Assembly (NCBI GenBank): GCA_033442325.1 | Contig: JAWQFM010000010.1 | Location: 26,590 to 90,589 of the forward strand | Reading direction: 5' to 3' | Source of the DNA: Salpingoeca rosetta | Lineage: Eukaryota; Protista; Choanoflagellata | DNA length: 64,000 bases | In this document: positions 41,485 through 54,463 of the stretch, one piece after another | Numbering within the stretch: position 1 is the stretch's first letter | Layout: each line of letters opens with the position of its first letter | The notes under the pieces: generated by a model | Database searches by the model: none | What the model saw: only the letters and a program-made list of their open reading frames with translations | Told to the model about the DNA's origin: nothing | Made by a program: the position numbers and the translations under genes

Positions 41485-42815
41485 TCACGACGACGAAGCA
41501 GCTGCATCCTTTTCGTTGGCCGCTGCCACGGTCTCAGGCATGGCTGTGCCATCCGCGGCCTTGGTTGTGGTGCTTGTGTCGTCGCTGCTCAGGTTTGCGC
41601 GCTTCGCTGGCTGTTCGCCCGTATCTGCCGCTGCATCGCTGTTGCCCTGCGCCGGAGCGGGCTGGGCACTCTCCTCCTCGCTGCTCGAGTGCGCCCGCTT
41701 CCCAGCAGCAGCCGTCGCCGTGGTAGTGGTGGTGGGGGTGGTGGGCACGACGGCTTCGCCCGAGGCTGAGGCAAGGATGCCAACAACGGAGGTGGTGGCG
41801 GGCACGGTGTTGAGGAAAGGCAGTGCCGCCGCCGCCTGCTCACCGTCACCTGCCGTGGCATCTGGTGCTGTGGGAGGTTCGGGTGTGCCCATCGCCGCTG
41901 TCGTGGTTGCTGTTACAGCCGTGGCGGTTGTCGTTGGTGGCGCAGGTGTTGTCACTTCGGCTGATGGTGTGGTCGACACGGCCGTGTCCACGGGTGGCTG
42001 CGTCGCCTGCGTGGTGGCAGCAGCCTCAGCAACAGCTGCTGGCGGTGGCGCAGTCTCTGTGGCTGCCGGCTTTGCTGCTGTCGACACAGGAACGGGCACA
42101 GCCACCTGTGTGGTGGTGCTGACTGCATCGCCCGCTGTCCCATTCGAGCCTGCCTTCGTGGTGCCGGCAAGGGCGGTCGGCACAGGCAGCTGCAGCTCCG
42201 TTGACGTGGTAGGCGACACGGCAGACACCGTGCCGCTGAGTGGCAGTGGCGGCACGGAGCCGCTTGTGGCTGCAGGCTGGGCGGTCTCCGTCACAGCAGC
42301 CGCGGCTGGTGCAGTCGTCGTCTCCGCGACCGGTGCAGCCGAAGCGACAGCGCTGTCGAGGGCGCTGGCTGTTGCCACTGTCGCCGCTGTCGCCGCTGGT
42401 GTGGACGTGGAAGCAGGCAGCGTTGATGGCGGCAGCAGATCAGCGAGGTTCGGTGCAGAGACCAGGGCAGCAGAGGAGACGGGGGCTGGCGCTGGCACTG
42501 GCGCCGCTGCCGGCTTGGCAATGGCGTTGAGCGTCTGCTCGGCGGAGTCGAAGTCGCGGGCAGCGCGCTCGAGGCGGGCAAGCAGGTCCGCCCACGCTGC
42601 AGTGCACACGGATGGGGAGGGGAGGGAAATGATGGTGAGCGCGTTGCATGCGTGCTTGGGGAAATGAGGTGTTGGGGGAGGGGGAGGGTGTGGAAGGAAG
42701 TGTTCGCACACGGTGGGAAGCGAGAGGACACAAGTCATGCCATCAACAATGATGCGATATCAGTCAACACAAACAAGCACACACACACACACACACACAC
42801 ACACAAGCACACACA

Positions 42816-42848
<33 letters not shown>

Positions 42849-45574
42849 GCACACACACACACCTGTGTGCTCCTGCTTGTGTTCTTCGCGATGGAACTTT
42901 GAGCTGAGACGGTTTCGCTCCTTGGCAATGTCGTTGTCGGTCACCTCCTGCTTGCGCTTGCGCAGTGACTCCTGGGAGTTTTGAGAGAGATTGCGCGAGA
43001 CGGGCACATGGTGGTGTACGGTGGGATGAGCAGGCGAGTGGCACAGCACAATGGCAACACGTATGGGCGTTGTTGAAGTGATGACATCCAACAAGCGTGC
43101 AAGAGGAGGAAGGAGAGGCAATGTGGAGGAGGTGGAGGAAAGCGAACAATGCAAACTTGTTACATATTGTTATTGCATCCCTCCAACGATTCGCCACAAA
43201 CAAAAAAAACAAAAAAAAGGCAAAAGGAAGAAAAGCACGGTGATGTGCTGTGTTGTGACCACCAGAAATTTGTCGTACGAGGCGAACCAAGTCAATCGTT
43301 ACAGAAGAAGGAATGATGTGACATCACATCACGGCCACGTGGCAGAGAATTCGACACGTCATTCGTGAATGATAGTAAAGCAGAGCTTTCACGACACCGA
43401 TCGATGCAATTATTAACACAGCAATTTTTTCGCACCTTGACATCTTCGTTGCTGATGTGGAAGGACCTGCGGGTGTAGGGCACCTGGAATTCTCCAGACA
43501 GCAGGGTTTGGTACTCCTGTCGGCATTGTTGGTTTGATAGACGCACAATTAGTTAGTGTGTGTGTGTGTGTGTCAGTGTGAGTGAATGAGTGAGTGTGTG
43601 TCAGTGTGTGTGTGTGTCAGTGTGTGTGTGTGTGTGGTGAAATTACATATCAGAGACGTGTCAGACATGATCGCATTCTGTCTGACATACACGCACGGCC
43701 ACTTACTGTTGCAACTGAACAACTGAGCACCATAACAATGAACCAGGTACGACAACAACAGCAAAAATGCGATTGAAAGCGAAAACACATACGTTGATGA
43801 GCGGTGCAACCACGGTGTTTGCCTTGGCGCCGAGACCAGCAGCTTCAAGCTGTGCACACTGACCCTGTATGTGTGTTTGCAGATGCGTGAGCAGGTATGC
43901 GAGACGAAACCACCCAACCACCAGTAATGAGCATGTGTCACCCGGATGACGTAACGATGCAAGGCTGTACGCCTTTGATTCACACAAGGCACATGTACAA
44001 CACACCAACAAACACACACACACACATACAAACACACACACACACACATACATACGCCTACAAATGCGCACACATTCACACATTCAGACACAAACACACA
44101 CGCACTCCCCCCCCCAAAAAAAAAGGCCCAATGCACGCGTATGTACCTGCAGGAGGGCGAATCTGGTCTTGAGGTCTGTGAAGAGGCGGCGGGAGCGCTG
44201 CTGTCGCTCAACAAATTGCAGCTTCTTCTTCTGGCGGTACGTCCTGCTCTTCTCCTTGATGGTCTTTGGCTGTCGGCCCGTGCCTGTCGACTGCCCGGCA
44301 AGCGGGGATGGCATGTCCTGGCCAGAGCCCATGCCCAGCAGCACCTGTGACATGCCGCTTACAGGCAGGAACGGCAGCCCATATGGGGAGAAGGACAGCG
44401 GCGACTGGGTGGTGCCCTGCGCTTGCTGCTTCTGCTGCTTCTGCTGCTGTTGCGACTGCTGGGCCGCCTGCAACAGCGCTGTTGCAGCTTGCTCTTCCGC
44501 CTGGCCCGGCTGTGGCTGCTGTTGCTGTTGCTGTTGCAGCTGGAGCTGTTGTTGCAGCCACGTTGCTGCGACATAGGGCGGCAGCATGGCCAGCATCTGC
44601 GGGCTCACCCCGACTGCCGCTGCTGCTTGCATGAGATTCACCAGCGCCGCGTCCGTGGTGTTGCCCCCCGCGTCCTGCTGCTGCTGCGACTCTGAGGACT
44701 GGGAGGGTTGCTGGAGCGGTTGTGCTGATGTTGGCTGCAGTGCAGACGAGACGCCAGAGGATGCCGGGGTGGTGGCGTTATCTGCCTTCTTGCTGCTGTT
44801 CTTGTCTCTTGCCGCCAACTGCGCGAGCGGAGACACGTCGGCCTCAGACACGCCTGCGCGGGCGTTTGCTGCCGCCAGCGCCAGCTGCTGCAGCTGCTGC
44901 ATCTGCTGGATGCGCTGCATGGCGGCGAGGTGCTGCGGTGGCCCGGCCTGGGCGGCAGACGCGGCCGGGGTGGACGACGCTGGCGTGGCAGATGACGAGG
45001 CTGTCGAGGTGTAACCGCCAGCACCAACAAGCGGGCTTGCCAGGGCCATGCTCCGGCCGGTGCCGCGCTGTTGCTGCTGCTGGTGTTGTTGTAGCTGCAG
45101 CTGCTGCTGTTCTGCGTGCTTGCGGGCAAGGTCTTGGGTGTCCTGCTGATGTTGTTGGAGCTGTTGCTGCAGCTGCTGCAGCTGTTGTTGCAGAGGGTCT
45201 GGGGCGTTGCGCTGCTGGGCGTTCACGGCGATGGCTGCGGCAGCCAGCTGGGACAAGGATGTCGCTGTGGACGGGGATGGCAAGGCGTGCTGCCCGTCAG
45301 CCCTGTCGCCCTCCTCCTGCTGCTGTTGCTGTTGCTGCTGCTGCTGTTGCTGTCGTTGCTGCGCCTCTGTGGCCAGCTTCAAGAGCTCAGACATGTCTGG
45401 CTGTTGATGCTGCTGCTGTGGCGACTGTGGCTCAAAGTGCTGGTAGTCCTGAGGCTGTTGCTGGTGGTGGTGCTGGGCGGCGTAAGATGTGGAGGGGGTG
45501 TCTAGCGACGGCAGCTTGTCCCGCCAGGGCGTGGTGGCCGCAGACGAGCGAGGCGCTTGCTGGGATGGATCCAT
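41485..45574 (-). CDS. Q-rich putative transcription factor with two bZIP-like basic regions (5 exons) and A/T/P-rich tail
   Basis: Exon 4/5 junction gives KERNRLSSKFHREEHKQEHTAWADLLARLERAARDFDSAEQTL = N-x7-R-x9-W-x6-L-x6-F-x6-L; exon 1 ends in IKEKSRTYRQKKKLQF; poly-Q N-terminus; KR motifs in tail. Confidence 0.55.
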
Positions 45575-46981
45575 CGTGGTTGAGGTGGTGGGGGGGGGTT
45601 GGACGTTGTTGTTGTTGTTGTCTGTGGAGTGTGGAATGGAATGGACATGGCACAGAGAGGAACACGAGAGAGAAACGGGGAAAGGAAGGGAGATGTGAGA
45701 TACAAGCAGCGAGTGTGTGTGTGGATGGATGGGAAAACAGAGGCGAAGAAGAGGATGGCGCAAGGATGGATGGATGCAAGCAAGCAAGCAAGCAAGAAAG
45801 GGGGAAGGAAGGAAGGAAGGAAGCAAGCAAGCAAGCAAGCAAGCAAGGAAAGAGCAAGCCCCTTCCCCTGTCCACACATATTGCACACATATGTACACAC
45901 ACGCGCACACATATGCACATGCGTGTACACTCACACCACCACCACCACCAGCGCCACCACCACCACCAGCGCCATCCACTGTTGTGCATCCTCCTCCTCC
46001 TCCTCCTCACTTACCACCTCAAAAGAGTTTGCCTGGTTGGCGGTGCGGCGGAGAAGCGAAGTGGGGGCGTTCGGTGCAGCGGCGGAAGCGATTTGGCTGC
46101 GAGAGAATGGCACGAAACGAAGCGAACGCTTACACACCCACAAAGCCAAGCAGAAGCCACACGAAGCCACACGCACACGCAAGCACACACACGCTCGGAT
46201 CAACAACGCAGCAGCGAAAGAAGCAAACCAACCCGAAGCACAAGAGCGAAAGACAGCGAACGTGCACGCAAAGGCGTGGCGCAGGTGCAGCAGCACTTGC
46301 TTGCGTGGAAAACGGTCGGGTGCGTTGGAGGGGGGGGGGGCCACGAAGTAACATGGGAAATAAACGGTGGGTACGCTGCGCTACCTAAGCACAACGCCAC
46401 CCGCGCCGGCCACTGGGTGCATGCATGCATCATCCATGTCGTCTGCTCTGTGTGTGTGTGTGTTCGTTGTGTCCCAACCACCATCAATCAGTTGACTGAA
46501 TTTGATAAATTGACATCGAATCATAATGGAAGGAAAAAAGAGAGAGAATTGTGGTCGAAAGAACCGATACACCCCGCAGTCTCACCGCATGCTCACGGCC
46601 TCACCACCTCACGCAGTGAGACGCGTGGTGTGGTGTGTCTCGCATGGCATGTCAACGTGTTCTTTACGTGTGCCCCCTTGAATGTGCTGAATGTGTTCAC
46701 TTAGATGATAAGCCAGAATGCATGCATGCGTGCAGCAAGTACACGCACGCACACACACATTTGCTACACGCACACACGCATGCACACATGCATGCACAGA
46801 TGCATGCACACACGTATACACGCGCGCATACACGCATGCACACACACAAAACAAACATACACATACATACACACAAACACAAAAACACACACACACACGA
46901 ACACATTCACACACTCTCTCTCACACACGAACACATACATACTCACACACACACACACACACGAACACACAAACACACATG

Positions 46982-48739
46982 TCAAGAAGAGGCATGTGCG
47001 GTGGTCATCTCTGCTTGGCAGACGGGGCACTTGATGCTCGTGTCAAAGTGATGATCAACACACGCCGTGTGAAACCGACACAAGCATGGCAACACGCGCA
47101 CACTTTCACCTTCCTCATAATCCCCCAAACAAATGGCACACCTGTCCCCTCGCTGTGCATGCCACTTCGCATCCTCGGGGCCAAGCGTCTGCGTCAGCGT
47201 CAATTCCTCCCGCTGCCGAGCAGAGAGGCCTTTCTTCTCAATGCGGTCGTCCAGCGCAAGCAGTCGCTCATAGTCAGACCCATCGGACCGCAGGTTGTCA
47301 AAGTCAATCCCCAACGAGGCCTGCGCCTGCGCCAGCGCCTGTGCCTGGTTCGTCATCCACGGCGCCATCGGTGACATAAACCCATGATGATGCATCGCTC
47401 CTCCGTGGCCGCTGATGCCGCCACGGCGAACCCTCGCTCGACCATCACCACCACTCCGCCTTGTTCCTCGACCACCTCTACTTCTGCTGCTGCTGCTGCT
47501 GCTGCCGCCGCCGCCTGATGTTCCGCGGAGATGGTAGTGGGATGCTGATGATGAGGATGATGGCATGATGCCCACCATGGAAGAGAAGGGCGGCAGCCCA
47601 GCGCCGGGCGCAAACGCGGGCGACGACGATGACGAGTAGCGTGTGGATGGCACCGACCCCAAATGTCGCCGCGCAACTGATGATGAGGATGAAGGGGCAG
47701 CAAACCGCGCCTGCATGTCGTGCATGAGCTGTGCCGTCTGTGGATCGGGTCCACCCATCCCTGTTGGGCCCTGGTACCCGGGCCACGCACGCATGGCCTC
47801 GTTGCCGTCCAACAGCTCCACAGGCCCGCCGTGCAGCCCGCCACCACCACTCCACGCGTCCATCCAGCCCCCGGGGAATGCCAGCAGCTTCTCCTGCTCC
47901 TCCCGCTGTAGTTGTTCGGCAAGCTCACGGTCGCGCTGCTCATCCTGTTGCAGCTGCTCGGCAAACGCCCGATCGCTTCGCTCTTGCTCTTCACGAGTCA
48001 CGGCGCTGCTGGTCGCGCTGCTGCTGTTGCTGTTGCTGCTGCTGTTGTTGCTGATGCCACGCATGGTTGTTGGTTTTCGTGATGTGCTCTTCCTGCTTGC
48101 CCTGACGTGCCGTTCTCGCTTTGGACTGCTGCTTACCGTGTCCAACACGACAACGTCATCGTCATCATCGTCGTCATCAGCGACAGCAACATCAGCCGCG
48201 ACGCTGTTGGCGGTCGATCGCTGTCCACGCACATGCATCCTGCCATCAAAAGCAGCACCCCTCACACCGCTCACACCGCCATCGCCACCACTATGATCAT
48301 CACAAAAGTCGTCGAGAACCACGGGCGCTGTGTCGGCGACGGAGGGTCTGCAGGCCTGCGCCGAACGAACACGCCGCGGGGTGCGCGGACTTGCGGCCAA
48401 GTCACCACCACTGCCGCCACCACCCTTTCTTCGTCGCCCGCTCTGTGGCGCATGCGACCTCATCCTTATCCTCTTGGTGTCGGAGGAAACCGGCCTCCAG
48501 CGGCCACCAGCAACGCCGACGCTGCTACGGCTGTTGTCGGTGCTGCCCATGTAGCAGACATCGTCTTCATCCTCTTGACTGCAAATGTCCATGACCGCAG
48601 AGCCTGCGCTGTCGCTGAGCTCCGATGCTGGCCGTGCGCGGCGTTTTGGTGGGAGTTCCTGCGAGGAGACCAAACAGCACTCTTCCTCTTGCTCTTCCTC
48701 CTCATCTGCATCAAGCACAATCGGGTCTGTGCTGGCCAT
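46982..48739 (-). CDS. Single-exon RING-H2 E3 ubiquitin ligase with SIM-like and MIU-like motifs
   Basis: C-terminal DYERLLALDDRI...CAICLGDYEEGESVRVLPCLCRFHTACVDHHFDTSIKCPVC; N-terminal PIVLD, PVVLDD, DDDVVVLD; SDRAFAEQLQQDE / DRELAEQLQREE. Confidence 0.85.
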   Translation of the reverse strand: MASTDPIVLDADEEEEQEEECCLVSSQELPPKRRARPASELSDSAGSAVMDICSQEDEDDVCYMGSTDNSRSSVGVAGGRWRPVSSDTKRIRMRSHAPQSGRRRKGGGGSGGDLAASPRTPRRVRSAQACRPSVADTAPVVLDDFCDDHSGGDGGVSGVRGAAFDGRMHVRGQRSTANSVAADVAVADDDDDDDDVVVLDTVSSSPKRERHVRASRKSTSRKPTTMRGISNNSSSNSNSSSATSSAVTREEQERSDRAFAEQLQQDEQRDRELAEQLQREEQEKLLAFPGGWMDAWSGGGGLHGGPVELLDGNEAMRAWPGYQGPTGMGGPDPQTAQLMHDMQARFAAPSSSSSVARRHLGSVPSTRYSSSSSPAFAPGAGLPPFSSMVGIMPSSSSSASHYHLRGTSGGGGSSSSSSRSRGGRGTRRSGGDGRARVRRGGISGHGGAMHHHGFMSPMAPWMTNQAQALAQAQASLGIDFDNLRSDGSDYERLLALDDRIEKKGLSARQREELTLTQTLGPEDAKWHAQRGDRCAICLGDYEEGESVRVLPCLCRFHTACVDHHFDTSIKCPVCQAEMTTAHASS

Positions 48740-49062
48740 CGCTCTTGTTGACAGGACACGCGTCGTCGTGTCGTTGGTGGTGTTGGGTTGTTGTCTGGAT
48801 TTGGTCTGGTGTGTCCGACTGTGTGTCGTTGTTCGCCGATTATTTATGGAAATGTTAAACAATTATCGTGGAGAGCAGCGAAGATGGGTGGGAAGACGAC
48901 GGATGCAACAGTGGTAGAGCTGGATGGCTCTCTTTTTGTTGCTCGCTTGCTTGCTTGATCGTGAGCGCCGCATGCATGACAACTGCAAAAGCTGCTCCTC
49001 CTCTCAACTCAGAACAAGGCATCGCATATCTTCCTCCTCCGTCTGGCCTTCAACCTCCCCAG

Positions 49063-49327
49063 CTAGCAGGCGTGTAGGATAAACAGGTGGACGGTGCTGG
49101 CCGGGGAGGTGAGGTAGCGTGCAACCTGTCGCCACACAACGGGGCGCAGCTTTCGGTCCATGCGTCGCCAAACACGCCCATGCTGCAGCACCAGCGAGTG
49201 GCGGTCTGCTCGCGTCCGCACCGCACCGCCCAGCTGATATCGTCTGATGGCACAAACATCAGGGTGATGTGGGCAAACACGAGAGAGACGGGGCGTGAGT
49301 AACACCAACAACAACAGATTGCAACAG

Positions 49328-49359
<32 letters not shown>

Positions 49360-50093
49360 TAAACAACAACAACAGCAGCAGCAGCAGCAGCACAGCTATT
49401 GTACCATTACCTGCCATGCAGGACGAGGTCTGGCACGGCGCTTTGGGTTGGCTGGTTGCAAAACACAAAGAGCACAGGTGACAGGCGCGCAACATCGTCC
49501 AGCGCTGGCTCAAGCGTGCGCGAACACATGCGCACGCCGTAGTCGTCCGACGAGGCGTGTATTGCATGCTACATCATCCAATCATGCACAACAGACAAGA
49601 ACGCACACACACTCGTCAGTAAAAGCACTCGCAATACACACCACATCACACACATTTACACGTCGCAATAACAAACAATGGCATCAACAACGCACGCAGC
49701 TTTCGCAAAGCACGCCAGGACACGAGCAAGCACGGGCACGCACAGAGAGAAGGCAAACATAGACACAAGCACAAACGCACAGAACACACACACACACAGA
49801 CACAAGTACACACTGTGTGAACCCCCTCGAAGCGGGATACACAACACAATGCAACATGCTCACCAAGCGGTCTCCGTTGTGTTGGCGGGAGCACATGAGC
49901 GGCATGAAGAAGGTGTCCCCCTCTTGCTCCAGCAGCGACAGCGCAACAACTACTTGCGCCTGGACATGTGTGCGTGTGTGTGTGTGTGTGTGTCAGTGAA
50001 TGTGGGAATGTGGGAATGTGTGAGAGAGAATGTGTGGTGGAACCTTGGAACTACTCCACGTTTGGTTTGTCAGTGAAGACCACCACCACCACC

Positions 50094-50131
<38 letters not shown>

Positions 50132-51364
50132 AACAACAACTCAAACAACAACTCAAACAACAACTTAAACAACCTAAACGACGACAACAACAACAACAAC
50201 GACGACGACGACGACGACATCAGCGCGAGCAAACTTACCACGCCAGCGTCCTTTGGGATGGATGGGTCATCCATGTTTGCGAGCAGCACGTGGTTCAGCA
50301 GCGTCAGGACCTCGTCAGTTTCCTCCTGACGCGCGCCAACCGTTGCGCGGTGGATGGCCGTGTACAGCCCCGCAGCAAACGGCGTGCTCGGCAGTCGCGC
50401 TCCCCCGTCCACACACGCGCCAGCATGCTGCAGGCACGCGTGGAAAATGTGCACCAGCAGGCTTGCATCGGCAGGCACATCTGCACGCATCGTCCACACA
50501 ACAAAACAAATGACAGGTGAAAGGCGCACAGCATTGAGGCGCGAGCATGATTCGTCAACGAAGTGACAACATAGGCGCAATCCATGTACATGCAGAACGC
50601 GGGTCAAGTGCCTCACTATGTGTGACCACATCATGCCATCCACAGAAGGAGCAGCAGCACACGATCATCCTCCCACCAGAAGCAGAGCAGCAATCCCACC
50701 ACCCAGACAACGCCCATTATGCATGTCTGCGTGTGTGTGTCCTTGTGTCTGCATGCGTCTGTGGTGGGTATGTATGTGTGTGTTTGTACCTTCGTAGAAG
50801 ATGGTCTGCAATGGAGCCAGGCGGTACCATCGACTCAGCGGTGTGACGACGCCGTGGGGCCCAAACGACAGGTCAGCAAACGCGCCCATGACACCCTCAA
50901 CCGCGTCGCCAGCGCCGTTGCACCCAGCAATCTCTTCTTCCCCACCATCACAGCCACCATCACGCCAGCCGCCCATTGCAGTGACAGTTCTGTCCGCCTG
51001 CTGTCTTGCACGTGCATCACCGCCGCCCACTGCAATAATGCCACCGCCATCAACGTCGCAGTCATGGTTGCGCTGCCCCTGCTGCGCCAGGGCATTGTCG
51101 CTGCAGTCGATAAACACGGCAACGTACTCGGCTGCAGATGGCGGCGAGGCTACAGCCACTTCCCCACGCTCGCGCCACCACGTGTAGTCGACCCACCTGG
51201 TGTCCAACGCGGCAACATCCGCCTCCCCGCGAGCACGTGCTTGTGCATCGCTGTACAGGAGGCCTTTAAGGGCGTACGCGCGGCTCTCGTACACGTCTGG
51301 GTCTGACGGGTGCGAGAAGCTGTAAGGCGTAAAGCACCGCACACGACATGTGTGTGTGAGAGAG

Positions 51365-51400
<36 letters not shown>

Positions 51401-52313
51401 CGTGTGCGTATGTGGATGTTGGTGTGTAGACAAGTGCGAGCAAGATGTGCAAGTGGTGCAACAAGTACACAGAGAACCCGTAAAGCACAGCAGGCCAATC
51501 ACATCAAGCGGCCATGCACACACCTGCAAATGTGGAGCTGGGTGGTGACGTTGGGTGCATTCGCACGAATGCACAACACGCGTGGCCAGTGCCGGAAACC
51601 AAGGCGACGCTGCGGGCTCGCCAGGTGGGCGGTCACAAGCTCTTGTACCGTGTCGGCACCTGTCCTTGTCTCAACCACGTCCAACACAGCTTCACGGCAC
51701 GTATACGACACATGACCCTGATCCACATATGTATGCGTGTGTGAGGTGTGTGAGTGTGAGTGTGAGTGTGTGTGTGTACATGCGTGTGTACATGCGTGTG
51801 TACATGCGTCAGGGTGCGCGTTACGTTGACTGTCATGGCAACTACACTGCGTCGCATGGAACACGTCATTCGAAGACAACAGCGTGTGGAGCAGCAGTGT
51901 GGGATGACAATGCACCCCTTGCGCCAATGTTCTGCCCACAAGGCAAATCCAGAAGCGCACCTGCTTATGGCCGGAGAGACGCCACACAGTCCGGTCGAGG
52001 AGCGCAAAGTCGTCGTCGTCCCGCAGCACAGAGAACACCTCCTGCCACACAAGATCAAACACAGAGAGAGACATAAAAGGAGAGAGAGAGAGCAAGGAGA
52101 GAGAGGGGGGTCACACGGCACAAACACAGACAGAAACACAGTCGTCGCACAAGTGGCACATGACATGTCAACCAATGTTCTGCCAGCCTCCTCTCCCAGC
52201 AGAAGTAGAGAAGTGTGCTCATGTCACCAAACTGTGTCCACCCTGTTCTCCAACAGCAACATCAATCTACCACCCACCTCTCTCTCTCTCGCACACAAAC
52301 ACACAAACACACA

Positions 52314-52345
<32 letters not shown>

Positions 52346-54339
52346 CACACGTACCCACATGCACGCACACGCGCGCACAGACAAACACACACACGCACCC
52401 ATGCACGCGCACGCAATTAAGCAAACGCTCCCTCCAACCACTCAGCAAGCAACAACAGAGTGCAATGACAGTCCCACTCAAGCATTCAAGTGCGCACCGT
52501 GAGGGTGAGGGTGTGAAGGTCGTGATGGGAGAGATAGGGTGTGGGCCAACAGCCAACGTCGTGGAGGAAATCTTCAATCGCAGATTGGTACCTGCTTGTT
52601 GTGTTGGCGGGGGGTGTAAACAACACCGTCTCATCCGTGTTGGAACTGCCGGGACTGACCGGCGTGCCCTGGCGCGAGCCGCTTGCACGATGAACTTGTG
52701 TTGCCGGGTTCTGTTGTTGAAGGTCTCGAAGCGTCTTCGTCAGAGACAAACGCCGTCGTCTCCTGCCCCTGGTCCTTCTGTCCCGCAGTGTTTCTCGCTG
52801 CTCTGCTCGCCCACCTTGCTCGCCAGCGACGCGCTGGGTCTGCAGCTGTGGACGCAACGAACCAAGATGCCCCTGCTCCGCAGATGTTGACAGGTCCCCA
52901 TGCGACATGACGTGTTGTGTGGCAGCATCCGCACTTTCCTCGTCCTCAGGGCTTCCTGCTTGCTGGAGAACCACTGCAGCGTTCTTGAGGCCACCATGGT
53001 TCTTGGACCTGGTCCAGCAAGGAAGGCTGTTGCTGGCTGTGTCAGCATGGCTGGCGACGATGGCATTCTTTCCGCTGCCGTTGTTGTCAGCAAACCCGCC
53101 ACCGAGTCGCTGGTGACGACCTTGGCTGTGGAGTGGATGTGGTTGCTCACGCTGGTGCATCGTGTAGGCGACCTGACCATCGTGGGTGACAACACCAACG
53201 CCTCGGACAAGGCCTTTCTCCCGCGCGTTGTGGCTGGAGACTGGTCTGTCCGTTTCCCTTTCCAAGGTGTGGTATGGTGGTGGCTGGTCGTACCTGCAAG
53301 CGGCAAGTGCTGCGGCGGTGTCCAAGGAGAAAGTGGACTTGAAGGAGCCAGCATCGTCATCACACTTGCCATAGTTGTCGACCGTGGCAAATTCCGGCTC
53401 CAATGCAGGTTCATGTGCCTGTACAGCTGAGAGCTGACCTGTGTGGCCCAGCGGCCTGAGCCCTGTCTGAGCCAGGCTGTCTTCTTCATGCCAGGCTTCT
53501 TGCCGGTGAGTACGCACTTCATCAGACCGTAGAAGGAAAGGGTTGAAGGTGTTCATGCCTGGTGCGGCCGCGAATGCCGGGGTTTGCTTCTGTTCTTGGG
53601 GCTGTGAAAAAGTGCGACGTCCTCCCTGCTGCTGCTGCTGCTGCTGCTGCTGTCGTCGGCGCTGTCTGTTTTGCTCTGCTTCCAGCGCTTGAATGCGGTG
53701 CTGGATGCGCTCTTGAACCCGAAGCATGGCGTGCTCTGCGGAGCGAGCGAGCCGCTGCACGGTGGAGACCAGCTGGGTCATGGGATTGAACTGCTCCAGC
53801 AAACGTGGAACCGTGTCCAAAGCACGCTTCGACTTTGCCAGGTTGTCAACGACGTGTGGCCCGGTTGTGTGTGCCGTGCTTGGCCCGGTGGCAGTCACTG
53901 GTGTTGCTGATGGCAAGGCAGACGCCGCGTTCGTTCGTTGGGTCGCTCCCGCCAGCGCTGTGATCGCCGCTGTCTTTGGTGTGGGCGCCACGAAGCGCCT
54001 GAGCATGCTGCGCGCGGCAGTTGCCGGCTGCGTGAGTGACATGAGCATGGCGAGCACAGAGCCCGTCAAAGACGCAACTGCAAACAATGCCCGACGCAAT
54101 ATGGCTGTGGCGAGCAGAACTGGGCCAAGGGCAAGACCGCACCCCGTGGTAACGAGTGCGGCCAGCACAAGCACCCCCACTGTGGCAAGTCGTTCTGCTA
54201 GCCGACTTGCTGTTCGGAAGGCGCCGAGTCGGGACAACACGTGCAATGGCAGGAGGAAGAATGCAATCACGGCTGCCAACGCCATGCCCCATGCCTGCGC
54301 TTGTCGATGCACCGCCTGCTGTTGTTGCCATCCCATCAT
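49063..54339 (-). CDS. Multi-exon hypothetical membrane protein with possible degenerate USP-like folds
   Basis: 617-codon first ORF with N-terminal hydrophobic helices, then further coding-like exons ending RYQLGGAVRTRADRHSLVLQHGRVWRRMD..VHLFILHAC*. Exon chain only partly resolved. Confidence 0.5.
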
Positions 54340-54423
54340 GATGATGGCCTCGGTTCTTCTTCTTGGTTCTTCTTCTTGGTTCTTCTTCTTGGTTGTTGTT
54401 GTCTCAGCTGTTGTTGTCTCAGC

Positions 54424-54463
<40 letters not shown>

